Shown here one piece after another: positions 11,334-21,893 of a stretch of 64,000 nucleotides of DNA. Source of the DNA: Nitrospirota bacterium (lineage in GTDB: Bacteria; Nitrospirota; Thermodesulfovibrionia; Thermodesulfovibrionales; JdFR-85); assembly GCA_035873375.1 (NCBI GenBank), contig JAYWMQ010000043.1, forward strand, positions 67,757 to 131,756. Direction: 5' to 3'. The number at the start of each line of letters is the position of its first letter. The first letter of the stretch is position 1. Under the pieces are notes generated by a model. The model was given only the letters and a program-made list of their open reading frames with translations, was not told the DNA's origin and searched no databases. Both the position numbers and the translations under genes were made by a program.

Positions 11334-12272
11334 GTGAGTGAGACAGGCCAGCAACTCAGGAACAAGGATATTGTAGGCATAAAAGACCTGTCCCGTGATG
11401 AGATTGAATTGATTCTGAATACTGCGGTGGGTTTCAGGGATGTCCTGCGGAGAGACATCAAGAAGGTTCCGACCCTCAGGGGAAAGACCGTGGTTAATCT
11501 CTTTTTTGAGCCCTCAACGAGGACGAGGACCTCTTTTGAGCTTGCAGCCAAAAGGCTCAGCACGGATGTAATAAATTTCTCCGTCTCAGCCAGCTCCGTG
11601 GTAAAGGGTGAGAGCCTGATCGATACAGCCATGACGATACAGGCCCTTGGTGCTGATGTTGTTATCATCAGGCACTCCTCCTCAGGGGTCCCTCACCTCC
11701 TTGCAAGACACCTGAATGCCTCAGTGATTAATGCAGGTGACGGCATTAACGAGCACCCTACCCAGGCGCTTCTTGATGCCTTCACGATTATGGAGAAATA
11801 TGGCAGGATAAGGGGACTTAAAATTGCCATTGTCGGAGATATACTGCACAGTCGTGTTGCAAAGTCCAATATTTACTGTCTCAGGACCCTGGGTGCGGAA
11901 GTCAGACTGATTGGTCCGCCAACCCTGATTCCTGAGGGGCTTATTGATCCCGATATCGAGATATTTCATAATATGGAGGAGGGACTCAGGGATATTGATG
12001 TTGTTATGATGCTGCGTATACAAATGGAGAGGCAGGACAGGGGGTTTTTCCCCACAACAGATGAGTATTTCAGACTCTGGGGACTGACCCTGGAGCGGCT
12101 TTCCCTTGCAAAGCCCGGGGCAATAGTGATGCATCCCGGTCCAATGAACCGTGGGATCGAGATAGTCTCGGATGTTGCCGACAGTCCACAATCCGTAATC
12201 CTTGAGCAGGTGACAAACGGTATTGCCGCAAGAATGGCGGTGCTTTACCTGCTTTCGGGCAGGAGAGGCTGA
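11334..12272 (+). CDS. pyrB: Aspartate carbamoyltransferase catalytic subunit
   Basis: 312 aa (GTG start per ORF track). [25 protein letters not shown] motifs. Confidence 0.93.
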   Translation: MSETGQQLRNKDIVGIKDLSRDEIELILNTAVGFRDVLRRDIKKVPTLRGKTVVNLFFEPSTRTRTSFELAAKRLSTDVINFSVSASSVVKGESLIDTAMTIQALGADVVIIRHSSSGVPHLLARHLNASVINAGDGINEHPTQALLDAFTIMEKYGRIRGLKIAIVGDILHSRVAKSNIYCLRTLGAEVRLIGPPTLIPEGLIDPDIEIFHNMEEGLRDIDVVMMLRIQMERQDRGFFPTTDEYFRLWGLTLERLSLAKPGAIVMHPGPMNRGIEIVSDVADSPQSVILEQVTNGIAARMAVLYLLSGRRG

Positions 12273-12316
12273 ATCCGGTGGTTCTGAAAGGGACGGATAA
12301 AGAGGAGCCTGGATAG

Positions 12317-13639
12317 ATGATGAGAAAAGATTTGAACCTGATAATCAGGAACGGGCATATAATTGACCCCTCACAAGGGATCGACGGTAAGGGAGCCCTG
12401 CTGGTTGAGGGGGGGAAGATAAAGGAAGTCTTTCAGGATTCAGGATTCAGGATTCAGGATGACTCAATATATGAGATTATTGATGCCACTGGTCTCTATG
12501 TCCTGCCCGGGCTTGTTGATATGCATGTTCACCTGAGAGAGCCCGGGTTTGAGTACAAGGAGACCATAAAGACCGGTACAATGGCTGCTGTAAGGGGTGG
12601 CTTTACCAGTGTATGTTGCATGCCGAATACAAAGCCGGTTAATGACAATGAAACAGTTACCGAGTTTATCCTGAGAAAGGCCTATGCTGAGGGTGCATGT
12701 TATGTCTATACCATTGGTGCCATTACCAAGGGTCAGAAGGGCGAGGAGCTTGCCGAGATGGGCATGATGAGAGAGGCTGGGTGTGTGGCATTTTCAGATG
12801 ACGGCTTTCCTGTAATGAATAGTCTCCTGATGAGAAGGGCACTTGAATACTCAAAAGTTTTTGGTGTGACCATAATCTCGCATGCAGAAGACCTGAACCT
12901 GTCTTCAGGCGGGGTGATGAATGAAGGTCCTTTATCACTTATGCTTGGACTCAGGGGGATTCCTGCAGAGGCAGAGGTGATAGCGATAATGCGTGATATA
13001 GAGCTTGCAGCACTTACAGGTGGAAGACTTCATATCGCCCATGTCTCCACTGCCGGCGGTGTCAGGGCCATTAGGGAGGCAAAGAAGGCCGGGATAGAAG
13101 TTACGGCAGAGACCTGCCCACATTACTTTACCCTTACAGAGGAGGCGGTACGTGATTATAATACCAACGCAAAGATGAATCCTCCACTGAGGAGAGACGG
13201 AGACGTTGAAGCTGTAAAGCAAGGACTTTCTGATGGTACGATTGATGTTATTGCCACCGATCATGCCCCACACCACATGGATGAGAAACTCTGCGAGTTT
13301 GACCGGGCAGCCCCCGGGATATCAGGTCTTGAAACAGCACTGCCGCTATGCCTCAGACTGGTTGAAGAGGGAGTCTTGTCCTTAAGTGAGCTTGTTAAAA
13401 AGATGGCGCTGAACCCGGCAAGGATTCTCGGAATGGAGAAAGGCAGTCTGAGAAAAGACGCAACGGCAGATATTGTTTTAGTAGACCCCCACAAGGAGTT
13501 TACTGTAAACTCCGGAGAGTTTATCTCCATGGGTAAAAACACGCCTTTTGAAGGCTGGCAATTAAAGGGTGTACCTGCTGTTGTTACGTGTAAGGGAAGG
13601 ATTTATAACATGGATGCCGGAATTGTCAAGGAGCTATAA
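12317..13639 (+). CDS. pyrC: Dihydroorotase
   Basis: 440 aa. DMHVHLREPG, ATDHAPH. Carries an in-frame heptamer-array insertion near the N-terminus. Confidence 0.9.
   Translation: MMRKDLNLIIRNGHIIDPSQGIDGKGALLVEGGKIKEVFQDSGFRIQDDSIYEIIDATGLYVLPGLVDMHVHLREPGFEYKETIKTGTMAAVRGGFTSVCCMPNTKPVNDNETVTEFILRKAYAEGACYVYTIGAITKGQKGEELAEMGMMREAGCVAFSDDGFPVMNSLLMRRALEYSKVFGVTIISHAEDLNLSSGGVMNEGPLSLMLGLRGIPAEAEVIAIMRDIELAALTGGRLHIAHVSTAGGVRAIREAKKAGIEVTAETCPHYFTLTEEAVRDYNTNAKMNPPLRRDGDVEAVKQGLSDGTIDVIATDHAPHHMDEKLCEFDRAAPGISGLETALPLCLRLVEEGVLSLSELVKKMALNPARILGMEKGSLRKDATADIVLVDPHKEFTVNSGEFISMGKNTPFEGWQLKGVPAVVTCKGRIYNMDAGIVKEL
12434..12460 (+). repeat. Heptamer tandem array (CAGGATT x3.9) inside pyrC
   Basis: caggatt caggatt caggatt caggat, encoding QDSGFRIQD. 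Confidence 0.9.
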
Positions 13640-13702
13640 TTTCTATTGGTGCCCCTGTTCAGCCTTTTCCTCTCTGTTTTAGGGGCAGTGCAGTTTCTGT
13701 GC

Positions 13703-13732
13703 TTGACATGTATAGTTTTGAGATAATATAAT
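13703..13732 (+). promoter_or_regulatory. Near-consensus sigma-70 promoter for the haem/beta-barrel gene
   Basis: TTGACA (13703-13708), 18 nt spacer, TATAAT (13727-13732), about 135 nt upstream of ATG 13868. Confidence 0.55.
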
Positions 13733-13867
13733 TTAGATTTTTAATCTCTATATCAGGGGAAGGAGGTGCTTTGGGGTAGGTCGTATACTTAATTCATGTA
13801 AATAATCGGGGTTGCTCTGGTTGCTATCAAAGAAAACTGTAGGGTTTTAAAAATTGAGGAGGATTAA

Positions 13868-15037
13868 ATGGGAAAACGTTTTAGTGTGATTAATGTTTTT
13901 ATGACGTTGTTAATTGTTGCAGGCTTTATTCCGATATCAGTTCAGGAAGCTGATGCCGTTCCATCATTTGCCAGGAAATATGGAACTAACTGTAGCGCAT
14001 GTCACTCAACATGGCCCATGCTGAATGCCACGGGCAGGTCGTTTAAGGAGAACGGTTACAGGTTCCCGGGGGTTACAGATAAGGACAGGGCAATCTCTGA
14101 TGACTTGTATGTGGATAAGACCTTTCCGGTTTCAGCGGTACTTACTGCAAGACCGTATGATGAGAAGAGGCGTAATGGTACAAAGATGAGAGCGATCCAT
14201 GAGGCAGAACTTATGGCTGCGGGTATTCTCTATAAGAATGTATCCGGATTCCTTGAGCTTGAGGCGGAAGATGAGAACGGGTTTAATGTTGAAATACCAA
14301 CTGCGTCTCTGAGCTACCACTATTCAGGTTTATTCAATCTGCAGTTTTCATACTCCGACATGTTATTGGCCGATCCATACGATACCTACTCTTCCCGTGT
14401 GCTGACGAGGGGCAAATATTCGGTTATTGACCAGGTATTTGGGGGGGCTGACGGTGGAGGCAAGCTTCGCAGTTCACGCCAGGTGCTCTCTGTATACGGA
14501 AGGCCAGTTAACAATGTCTTCTATACCGTGGGACTGAGTGGTATTGCAGGGGATGCAGAGGGCAAAAACGCCAAGAACCTACATGCAAGGGTGGCTGTGG
14601 ATGTACTCCCCAATACAATGGTGGGACTCTTTGGTGTGAGTGGAGAATGGGATGACCCTGATGCTGGTCTGACACGTGACTTCAGGCGTCTCGGCCTTGA
14701 TTTTCAGGCAGACTATAATGACTTCAGGTTTATGGGGGTCTTCCTCAGTGCTGAGGATGATAATTCGATTGGTGTGAAGGAAGAGAACAATGCATGGTAC
14801 CTACAGGCTTTGTATGTCGTGTCAAGGAATTCAAGTCCATGGATTGTGCCTCTTATCCGGGTTGACAGTTATGAAAAGAATGACGGGGCTGCTGAGTACA
14901 GTGAACTCACCCTCAACTCTTCATATTACTTTACCCAGAATATTAAGGCAATAGCCGAGTTCTGGACTCAGGTGGATGTCCCTGATACAGTAGATAAGGA
15001 CAACCGTCTTACCGTCCAGATATCAGCAGCATTTTAA
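13868..15037 (+). CDS. Secreted monohaem c-type cytochrome fused to a predicted outer-membrane beta-barrel
   Basis: 389 aa. Signal peptide (...VQEADA|VPS), a single CxxCH (NCSACHS) 15 residues after the cleavage site, alternating beta-strand-like sequence, and a C-terminal OMP signature ending in Phe (LTVQISAAF). Confidence 0.6.
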   Translation: MGKRFSVINVFMTLLIVAGFIPISVQEADAVPSFARKYGTNCSACHSTWPMLNATGRSFKENGYRFPGVTDKDRAISDDLYVDKTFPVSAVLTARPYDEKRRNGTKMRAIHEAELMAAGILYKNVSGFLELEAEDENGFNVEIPTASLSYHYSGLFNLQFSYSDMLLADPYDTYSSRVLTRGKYSVIDQVFGGADGGGKLRSSRQVLSVYGRPVNNVFYTVGLSGIAGDAEGKNAKNLHARVAVDVLPNTMVGLFGVSGEWDDPDAGLTRDFRRLGLDFQADYNDFRFMGVFLSAEDDNSIGVKEENNAWYLQALYVVSRNSSPWIVPLIRVDSYEKNDGAAEYSELTLNSSYYFTQNIKAIAEFWTQVDVPDTVDKDNRLTVQISAAF

Positions 15038-15063
15038 CCAAGTCTTTGCAGAGTTTCTTGCCG

Positions 15064-15095
15064 GAGCGGGGAGTGCACATCTCCCCGCTCTTTTA
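15064..15095 (+). terminator. Rho-independent terminator
   Basis: GAGCGGGGAG-TGCACAT-CTCCCCGCTC followed by TTTT, 27 nt after the stop at 15037. Confidence 0.7.
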
Positions 15096-15355
15096 ATACG
15101 GACTGGTGGAAGTTCCCTCTTCTGATTACTCAGATCATGTGAGTCCCGTCTCAGAGGGAACGGACCCCTCTCTCCTGTATTGTTTCATTTATTGTTTTCC
15201 TTGTTCATCAATCCTGGTAACATATCATGTTCTGACCAGTCCCTGACACATTTTCTTCGGGCACTTTGGGTTCAAGGGTGATGAGGAGATTTATATATAG
15301 GGTTCTGTGATATAATTAACGGCAAACATGGAAATAAAATGCTCACGGAGGCTGA

Positions 15356-16480
15356 ATGAAAAAGGCTTTACTTGTTCTTTCAGACGGAATGGTGTTTGAA
15401 GGTGAATCCTTTGGCGCTGACGGGGAAACAAAAGGTGAGGTGGTCTTTAACACCTCCATGACAGGCTATCAGGAGATACTTACAGACCCGTCATATAAGG
15501 GGCAGATTGTCACCATGACATATACGCAGATGGGCAACTATGGTGTGAATGAAGAGGATAATGAGTCAGCAGGGGGCCCAAAGATCGAAGGCTTTGTTGC
15601 AAGGGAGTGTCTGGATTATTCCAGCAACTGGCGTTCAATCATCTCACTTAACGGGTATCTTGAAAGACACGGCGTGGTTGCAATCCAGGGGATTGATACA
15701 AGGGCGCTTACAAGACATATAAGGAACTTCGGGGCACGGATGGGAATTATTTCAACTGAAGACCTGAGCCCGGAGAGTCTGTATGAGAAGGTGAGGGTAC
15801 ATCCCGGCATTGGCGGCGTTGACCTTGTAAGGTATGTAACCACGGATAAACAGTACAAATGGACCGAAAAGGTTTGGAGATGGGAAGATAATTCAAAATC
15901 AGGGAAGGTGTTCCCGCTCAAAAAAGTGGTTGTTTACGACTTTGGCGTCAAATTCAATATACTCCGCAATCTTGCAGATGCAGGTTTTGATATAACGGTT
16001 GTGCCTGCTGAGACGCCTGCAGAGGCGGTGCTTGAAATGAACCCTGATGGAATAGTTCTGAGTAACGGGCCCGGAGACCCCGAGGCAGTGGTTTACGGTA
16101 TTGAGAATACAAGGAAACTTCTTGGCAGGAAACCGGTTTTTGGAATATGTCTCGGTCACCAGATACTGGGACTTGCCCTGGGTGGAAAGACGTATAAACT
16201 CAAGTTCGGCCATCATGGCGGCAATCATCCTGTAATGGACCTGCTGACAGAAAAGGTTGAGATTACATCCCAGAATCATAATTACTGTGTGGATATCGGC
16301 AGCCTTGGCACGCAGGTAAGGCTTACCCATAAAAACCTCTATGATGGTACTGAAGAGGGAATGCAGCATGTGGAATTCCCGGTCTTTTCTGTCCAGCATC
16401 ATCCGGAGGCAGGTCCTGGGCCGAATGATTCAGTACATCTGTTTAAGAGATTCGGGGAGATGATTGAAAACAACAGATGA
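15356..16480 (+). CDS. carA: Carbamoyl-phosphate synthase small (glutaminase) subunit
   Basis: 374 aa. FGICLGHQ catalytic Cys; HHGGNHPV; VQHHPEA. Confidence 0.95.
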   Translation: MKKALLVLSDGMVFEGESFGADGETKGEVVFNTSMTGYQEILTDPSYKGQIVTMTYTQMGNYGVNEEDNESAGGPKIEGFVARECLDYSSNWRSIISLNGYLERHGVVAIQGIDTRALTRHIRNFGARMGIISTEDLSPESLYEKVRVHPGIGGVDLVRYVTTDKQYKWTEKVWRWEDNSKSGKVFPLKKVVVYDFGVKFNILRNLADAGFDITVVPAETPAEAVLEMNPDGIVLSNGPGDPEAVVYGIENTRKLLGRKPVFGICLGHQILGLALGGKTYKLKFGHHGGNHPVMDLLTEKVEITSQNHNYCVDIGSLGTQVRLTHKNLYDGTEEGMQHVEFPVFSVQHHPEAGPGPNDSVHLFKRFGEMIENNR

Positions 16481-17097
16481 ATGAATCCGGGGCATACAGG
16501 GTGGAGATAGAAGACAGCAGGGTTGTGCTGAGGACTACCTCCTTTAAAGCGGAACGGGGCAGTGTCCTGCATAGCGGGATATACAACAGGGAGTTTTCCT
16601 CGAGTCTTGTTGCTGTTACAGTTTCAGCGGCGGTGCTTGCCTTTTTTGCCCTCAGACACGAATTGCAGATACTTCATTATGTGATGGCAGTGGCGGTTTT
16701 TGTTGTAGTCTTTCCCCTTGCCAGGTTCTACCTCTTCAAAGAACCCTGCCTTGAGACGGTCTTTGACCTGGATGCAGGAAGTGTGAGCATAACCCTCAGA
16801 AAACCCTTTGGAAGCAGAAGCATAAAAAAGCCTTTGGGCTCACTTGATGATATCAGGATAAGTCACTTACGGATGGAACCCGAGAACCCCGATGGAGTAG
16901 CCTTTGTAAAGAAGATAGCCCTGCAGCATGGTACCGTTATTCCGGGGTTTGGACAGATAGAGGACTTTTATAACGTAGAATTAAGATTTGACGGTGAGGG
17001 GTTCATCATATTAACCACAAAAACAGAATCAGAGGCCAGGGCGGTTGTTGATAAACTGAGAAAATATGTGCGTCTACAAGGGCTTGAATCAGTGTGA
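16477..17097 (+). CDS. Hypothetical two-TM membrane protein wedged between carA and carB
   Basis: 206 aa. Its start overlaps the carA stop (ATGA). Two hydrophobic helices ([30 protein letters not shown]). No recognisable motif. Confidence 0.55.
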   Translation: MNESGAYRVEIEDSRVVLRTTSFKAERGSVLHSGIYNREFSSSLVAVTVSAAVLAFFALRHELQILHYVMAVAVFVVVFPLARFYLFKEPCLETVFDLDAGSVSITLRKPFGSRSIKKPLGSLDDIRISHLRMEPENPDGVAFVKKIALQHGTVIPGFGQIEDFYNVELRFDGEGFIILTTKTESEARAVVDKLRKYVRLQGLESV

Positions 17098-17139
17098 ATA
17101 TTATTGCTTTGTAACATTAGTCATATGGCTGAATACAAG

Positions 17140-17166
17140 AATCTGTGTAATCTGAGAAATCTGCGG
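17140..17166 (+). repeat. 9-mer tandem array (AATCTGNNN x3) upstream of carB
   Basis: aatctgtgt aatctgaga aatctgcgg. Confidence 0.7.
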
Positions 17167-17205
17167 ATATATAAGACTCTTTTTTCATAATAAACAACCA
17201 GTGAG

Positions 17206-20200
17206 GTGATTGTGCCAAAGAGAGACGATATTAAAAAGATACTCCTGATAGGTTCAGGCCCTATAGTGATTGGACAGGCGTGTGAGTTTGATTACTCGGG
17301 AGCCCAGGCATGCAAGGCCCTCAGGGAGGAGGGTTATGAGGTGGTACTTGTCAACTCCAATCCAGCCACCATTATGACGGATCCTGAAATGGCGGATATT
17401 ACCTATATCGAGCCGCTGACAGCCGAGATAATTGAATTGATCATTGAGAGGGAGAGGCCCGATGCTCTACTTCCCACCATGGGTGGACAGACAGCCCTGA
17501 ACCTTACTGTTGAACTTGCTGAAGCAGGAATTCTTGATCGTTACGGGGTTGAACTGATTGGTGCAAAGCTCCATGCCATCAAGAAGGCTGAGGACCGTGA
17601 GCTCTTCAAGGATGCCATGGCCAGGATTGGTCTTGATGTTCCGCGTTCCAGTGCCGTCAAGAACATAAAAGAGGGACTTGACGTTGTGGGCTATGTTGGT
17701 TTCCCGGCAATTCTGAGACCTGCCTTTACCCTTGGCGGTACAGGCGGGGCTGTGGCATACAACGTGGAAGAATACAGGGCACTCCTTGAGAATGCGCTCA
17801 AATTGAGTCCGGTGAGTCAGGTGCTTGTTGAAGAGTCAGTGCTTGGCTGGAAGGAATACGAGCTTGAGGTGATGAGGGATGGCAATGACAATGTGGTGAT
17901 TATATGCTCCATAGAGAATCTTGACCCCATGGGTGTCCATACAGGGGACTCCATTACTGTTGCACCGGCACAGACCTTAACCGATAAGGAGTATCAGAGG
18001 ATGAGGGATGCATCGATTGCAGTAATCAGGGAGATAGGTGTTGACACCGGGGGCAGCAATATCCAGTTTGCCCTGAATCCTGAAGACGGGAAGATGGTTA
18101 TCATAGAGATGAACCCGAGGGTTTCTCGTTCATCAGCCCTTGCCTCCAAGGCTACGGGTTTCCCGATAGCAAAGATTGCTGCAAAACTCGCGGTTGGTCT
18201 TAATCTTAACGAGATTCCAAACGATATAACGAGAGAGACCCCTGCCAGTTTTGAACCCACGATTGATTATGTAGTGACAAAAATCCCGAGGTTTGCCTTT
18301 GAAAAGTTCCCGGAGGCGGATTCCACACTTACAACCCAGATGAAGTCTGTCGGAGAGGTCATGTCAATAGGCAGGACTTTTAAAGAGTCCCTGCAAAAGG
18401 CCCTGCGGAGTCTGGAGGCAGACAGTTATGGCCTGGAGGAGAGGATTGCAGGAATTGATGAGATAAGGGAGAAGCTGAAGACGCCAAACTGTGAGAGGAT
18501 ATGGTACATAGCCCAGGCATTCAGGGAGGGACTGAGTGTTGAGGATATTCATGAGATAACGTGGATCGATCCATGGTTTCTGAATAACATCAGAGAGATA
18601 GTCGAGTTGGAAAACGAGATTAAAAATTCACAACTCACAACCCGCAACTCGCAACCCGCAACCCCTGACCCGCAACTCCTTTACAAGGCCAAATCCTGGG
18701 GTTTTTCAGACAGGAGAATTGCCGGGCTTGCAGGCCTCAGAGAGGCGGATATCAGGGAGATCAGGAAAAAACTCGGTATGCGGGCTGTCTATAAAATGGT
18801 TGATACCTGTGCTGCAGAGTTTGAGGCATATACACCGTATCTGTATTCTACTTATGAAAGGCCGTTTTATAAGTTAGAAGACAGAAGTCAGGACTCAGGG
18901 GACAGAGAAGAGGCCTCATTATCCGTTGCCAGGGTGGAATGTGAAGCTAACCCCTCAAGCCGCAGGAAGATCATGATCCTCGGCAGCGGCCCTAACCGTA
19001 TTGGTCAGGGGATAGAGTTTGACTACTGTTGTGTCCATGCGGTTTTTGCCCTTAAAGAGATGGGGTATGAGACCATAATGGTGAACTGCAATCCAGAGAC
19101 CGTCAGCACTGACTATGACACATCAGACAGGCTGTATTTTGAGCCCCTCACACTCGAAGATGTCCTGAATATAATCGAGGTGGAGAAGCCGGAAGGCGTT
19201 ATCGTACAGTTCGGGGGACAGACCCCTCTTAAATTAGCTGTTCCACTTGAGAGAGAAGGGGTAAGGATTCTTGGTACCCCTCCGGATGCCATTGACAGGG
19301 CGGAAGACAGAAGGAGGTTTAAGGAGCTTCTGCATAAACTCGGTCTGAGGCAGCCCAACAGTGGAACGGCCATGAGCCCTGAGGAGGCTGTCAGGGTGGG
19401 AGAGGAGATTGGCTACCCTGTGATGGTAAGACCCTCTTATGTGCTTGGAGGCAGGGCAATGGAGATCGTCTATGACGAGACCTCCCTGCAGGATTACATG
19501 CAGAGGGCGGTGAAGGCTTCGCCTGAACACCCTGTGCTTATTGACAAATATATAATGGACGCCATAGAGGTGGATGTGGATGCGGTCTCTGATGGAGATG
19601 CTGTTGTTATCGGCGGGCTGATGGAGCACATTGAGGAGGCTGGAATTCATTCAGGGGATTCAGCCTGCTCCCTCCCTCCCTTTTCGCTCTCTGAGGAGAT
19701 AGTCAGTGAGATAAAGCGGCAGGCGAGGGCACTTGCCAGGGAGATCGGGGTTGTGGGTCTCATGAATATCCAGTTTGCAGTAAAGGGCAGCGACATATAT
19801 ATCCTTGAGGTAAATCCAAGGGCATCAAGGACCATTCCCTTTGTGAGCAAGGCAACCGGTGTTCCCCTTGCAAAGATAGCAGCAAAGGTGATGGCCGGCA
19901 CGAGACTGGAAGAACTCGGCCTGGTCTCTGAGCCGGTATTGGGGCATGTGGCAGTAAAGGAAGCAGTCTTTCCCTTTGACAGGTTTTCCGGAGTGGATAC
20001 CATTTTGGGCCCGGAGATGAAGTCTACCGGTGAGGTCATGGGCATTGACAGGGATTTCGGGCTTGCCTATGCCAAGGCCGAGGCATCGGCAAACAACCGG
20101 ATACCCCTTGAGGGTAAGGTCTTTATAAGCGTGAGGGATGAGGACAAACCTGCGGTCCTGCCGATTGCCACGACATTTATTGAACAGGGTCTTAAGGTTG

Positions 20201-20511
20201 TAACTACGAGGGGCACCGCTTCTTTTCTGAAAGAGCATGGTCTTAATGTAGGGGTTGTGAACAAGCTCAAGGAGGGTAGGCCGAATGTTGTTGACCTGAT
20301 TAAGAACAAGGAGATAAGTTTCATTATAAACACTGTTGAGAGTGCTGCATCCCGGAAGGATTCCTTCTACATAAGACAGAGTGCCCTGGAGTACAAGGTT
20401 CCCTATACTACGACGATCTCCGGTGCCAGGGCCGTGGCAAGGGCGCTTAAGGGACTGAAGGAAAAACGGCTGACCATTCTATCCATACAGGAGTACCATA
20501 GCAGGGGGTAA
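17206..20511 (+). CDS. carB: Carbamoyl-phosphate synthase large subunit
   Basis: 1101 aa. Duplicated ATP-grasp halves ([20 protein letters not shown] and [20 protein letters not shown]) and an MGS-like C-terminus. GTG 17212 ([13 protein letters not shown] 5 nt upstream) may be the true start. Two heptamer-array insertions. Confidence 0.97.
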   Translation: MIVPKRDDIKKILLIGSGPIVIGQACEFDYSGAQACKALREEGYEVVLVNSNPATIMTDPEMADITYIEPLTAEIIELIIERERPDALLPTMGGQTALNLTVELAEAGILDRYGVELIGAKLHAIKKAEDRELFKDAMARIGLDVPRSSAVKNIKEGLDVVGYVGFPAILRPAFTLGGTGGAVAYNVEEYRALLENALKLSPVSQVLVEESVLGWKEYELEVMRDGNDNVVIICSIENLDPMGVHTGDSITVAPAQTLTDKEYQRMRDASIAVIREIGVDTGGSNIQFALNPEDGKMVIIEMNPRVSRSSALASKATGFPIAKIAAKLAVGLNLNEIPNDITRETPASFEPTIDYVVTKIPRFAFEKFPEADSTLTTQMKSVGEVMSIGRTFKESLQKALRSLEADSYGLEERIAGIDEIREKLKTPNCERIWYIAQAFREGLSVEDIHEITWIDPWFLNNIREIVELENEIKNSQLTTRNSQPATPDPQLLYKAKSWGFSDRRIAGLAGLREADIREIRKKLGMRAVYKMVDTCAAEFEAYTPYLYSTYERPFYKLEDRSQDSGDREEASLSVARVECEANPSSRRKIMILGSGPNRIGQGIEFDYCCVHAVFALKEMGYETIMVNCNPETVSTDYDTSDRLYFEPLTLEDVLNIIEVEKPEGVIVQFGGQTPLKLAVPLEREGVRILGTPPDAIDRAEDRRRFKELLHKLGLRQPNSGTAMSPEEAVRVGEEIGYPVMVRPSYVLGGRAMEIVYDETSLQDYMQRAVKASPEHPVLIDKYIMDAIEVDVDAVSDGDAVVIGGLMEHIEEAGIHSGDSACSLPPFSLSEEIVSEIKRQARALAREIGVVGLMNIQFAVKGSDIYILEVNPRASRTIPFVSKATGVPLAKIAAKVMAGTRLEELGLVSEPVLGHVAVKEAVFPFDRFSGVDTILGPEMKSTGEVMGIDRDFGLAYAKAEASANNRIPLEGKVFISVRDEDKPAVLPIATTFIEQGLKVVTTRGTASFLKEHGLNVGVVNKLKEGRPNVVDLIKNKEISFIINTVESAASRKDSFYIRQSALEYKVPYTTTISGARAVARALKGLKEKRLTILSIQEYHSRG
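18629..18677 (+). repeat. Heptamer tandem array (CRCAACY-like x7) inside carB
   Basis: cacaact cacaacc cgcaact cgcaacc cgcaacc cctgacc cgcaact, encoding [17 protein letters not shown]. Confidence 0.9.
18876..18910 (+). repeat. Heptamer tandem array (AGRRGNC-like x5) inside carB
   Basis: agaagac agaagtc aggactc aggggac agagaag, encoding [12 protein letters not shown] at the junction of the two CarB halves. Confidence 0.8.
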
Positions 20512-20517
20512 AGGTAT

Positions 20518-21846
20518 ATGGGTAAGGAAGAGGTCGATTTTGTTATAAAGGGTGACTACGTTCTGACCATGACGGATACCGGGGGGCCTTTGTCCGGCGG
20601 TGCTGTGGCTGTAAGGGACGGGGTTATTGTTGATGTTGGGCTGTCGGCAGCTATAGAGGGCAGATATTTACCGGAAGAAGTCCTTGGCGGCAGTGGTAAG
20701 GCAGTAATGCCGGGTCTTGTCAACACCCATACCCATGCTGCCATGGTATATTTCAGGGGAATGGCTGATGACCTTCCTCTCAGGGTCTGGCTTGAGGATA
20801 ACATATGGCCTGCAGAGGCCAGGTGGCTGAGCCCTGATTTTGTCAGGGATGCAACTGAACTGGCCTGCCTTGAGATGCTGAAGGCAGGTGTGACACTTTA
20901 CAATGATATGTATTTTTTTGAGGATGCCTCTGCTGAGGGGATAAAGAGGCTCGGGATGAGGGCTGTTCTTGGAGCCGGCATTCTGGATTTTCCGACTGCT
21001 ACTGCTCAGAATACTGCGGAGTATTTTGACAGGGCTGAGGATTTTATAAAGAGATGGATTGGAGATGAACTTATCACCCCCTCTATTGCACCGCATGCCC
21101 CCTATACCTGCAGTCCCGGGACATACCGGAGGGCTCTTGATATAGGGGAGAAATACAACATTCCTGTTCATACGCACCTCTGTGAAACCCGCTGGGAGGT
21201 GGAAGAAATAAAAAAGCTTTACGGCAAGACCCCAATTGAGCACCTTGATTCCCATGGACTGCTCAATGCGCGTGTTGTTGCCGCCCATTGTGTCTGGCCC
21301 ACAGTGCGAGAGATAGAGATACTCGCTGAACGTGGTGTAAGCGTGTCGCACTGCCTTGAGAGCAACCTCAAGCTTGCCTCGGGTATTGCCCCGGTGGTAA
21401 AGATGCTTGACGCGGGAGTAAGGGTTGCCTTTGGCACTGATGGTGCAGCCAGCAACAATGACCTTGATGTGATGAGTGAGATGTCAACAGCGGCAAAACT
21501 GCACAAGGCAGTCTCTGACGACCCCACTGCACTCTCTGCCCGTACCGCCCTGTTGATGGCCACCCGCCGGGGTGCGGAAGCCCTTGGCCTTGGGGATCGG
21601 TTAGGGAGTCTTGAAAAGGGTAAACTTGCCGATATAGTGATAATTGACCTTAACAAACCCCATCTTGCCCCAATTTATAATATCTATTCCCACCTTGTAT
21701 ATTCAGCAAAGGCCTCTGATGTGGAGAGCGTGATGGTTAACGGCAGATTACTTGTAAATGGTCATCAATTAAACATCACGCAGGAAGATGAGATAATTTA
21801 TAAGGCCGGGCAGTGGAAAGACAGGATTGTGTCTGCGACAAGCTGA
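20518..21846 (+). CDS. mtaD: Amidohydrolase, 5-methylthioadenosine/S-adenosylhomocysteine deaminase type
   Basis: 442 aa. LVNTHTHAAMVYFRGMADDLPL, VHTHLCET, FGTDGAASNNDLD. Confidence 0.8.
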   Translation: MGKEEVDFVIKGDYVLTMTDTGGPLSGGAVAVRDGVIVDVGLSAAIEGRYLPEEVLGGSGKAVMPGLVNTHTHAAMVYFRGMADDLPLRVWLEDNIWPAEARWLSPDFVRDATELACLEMLKAGVTLYNDMYFFEDASAEGIKRLGMRAVLGAGILDFPTATAQNTAEYFDRAEDFIKRWIGDELITPSIAPHAPYTCSPGTYRRALDIGEKYNIPVHTHLCETRWEVEEIKKLYGKTPIEHLDSHGLLNARVVAAHCVWPTVREIEILAERGVSVSHCLESNLKLASGIAPVVKMLDAGVRVAFGTDGAASNNDLDVMSEMSTAAKLHKAVSDDPTALSARTALLMATRRGAEALGLGDRLGSLEKGKLADIVIIDLNKPHLAPIYNIYSHLVYSAKASDVESVMVNGRLLVNGHQLNITQEDEIIYKAGQWKDRIVSATS

Positions 21847-21884
21847 CAAGCCTGCAAGCTGACAAGCCTGTCAGCCTGCAAGCC
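21837..21884. repeat. Octamer tandem array (6 units) between convergent mtaD and flgE
   Basis: gacaagct gacaagcc tgcaagct gacaagcc tgtcagcc tgcaagcc. It overlaps the mtaD stop and contains the small hairpin CTGACA-AGCC-TGTCAG. Confidence 0.85.
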
Positions 21885-21893
21885 CATTTAAAA

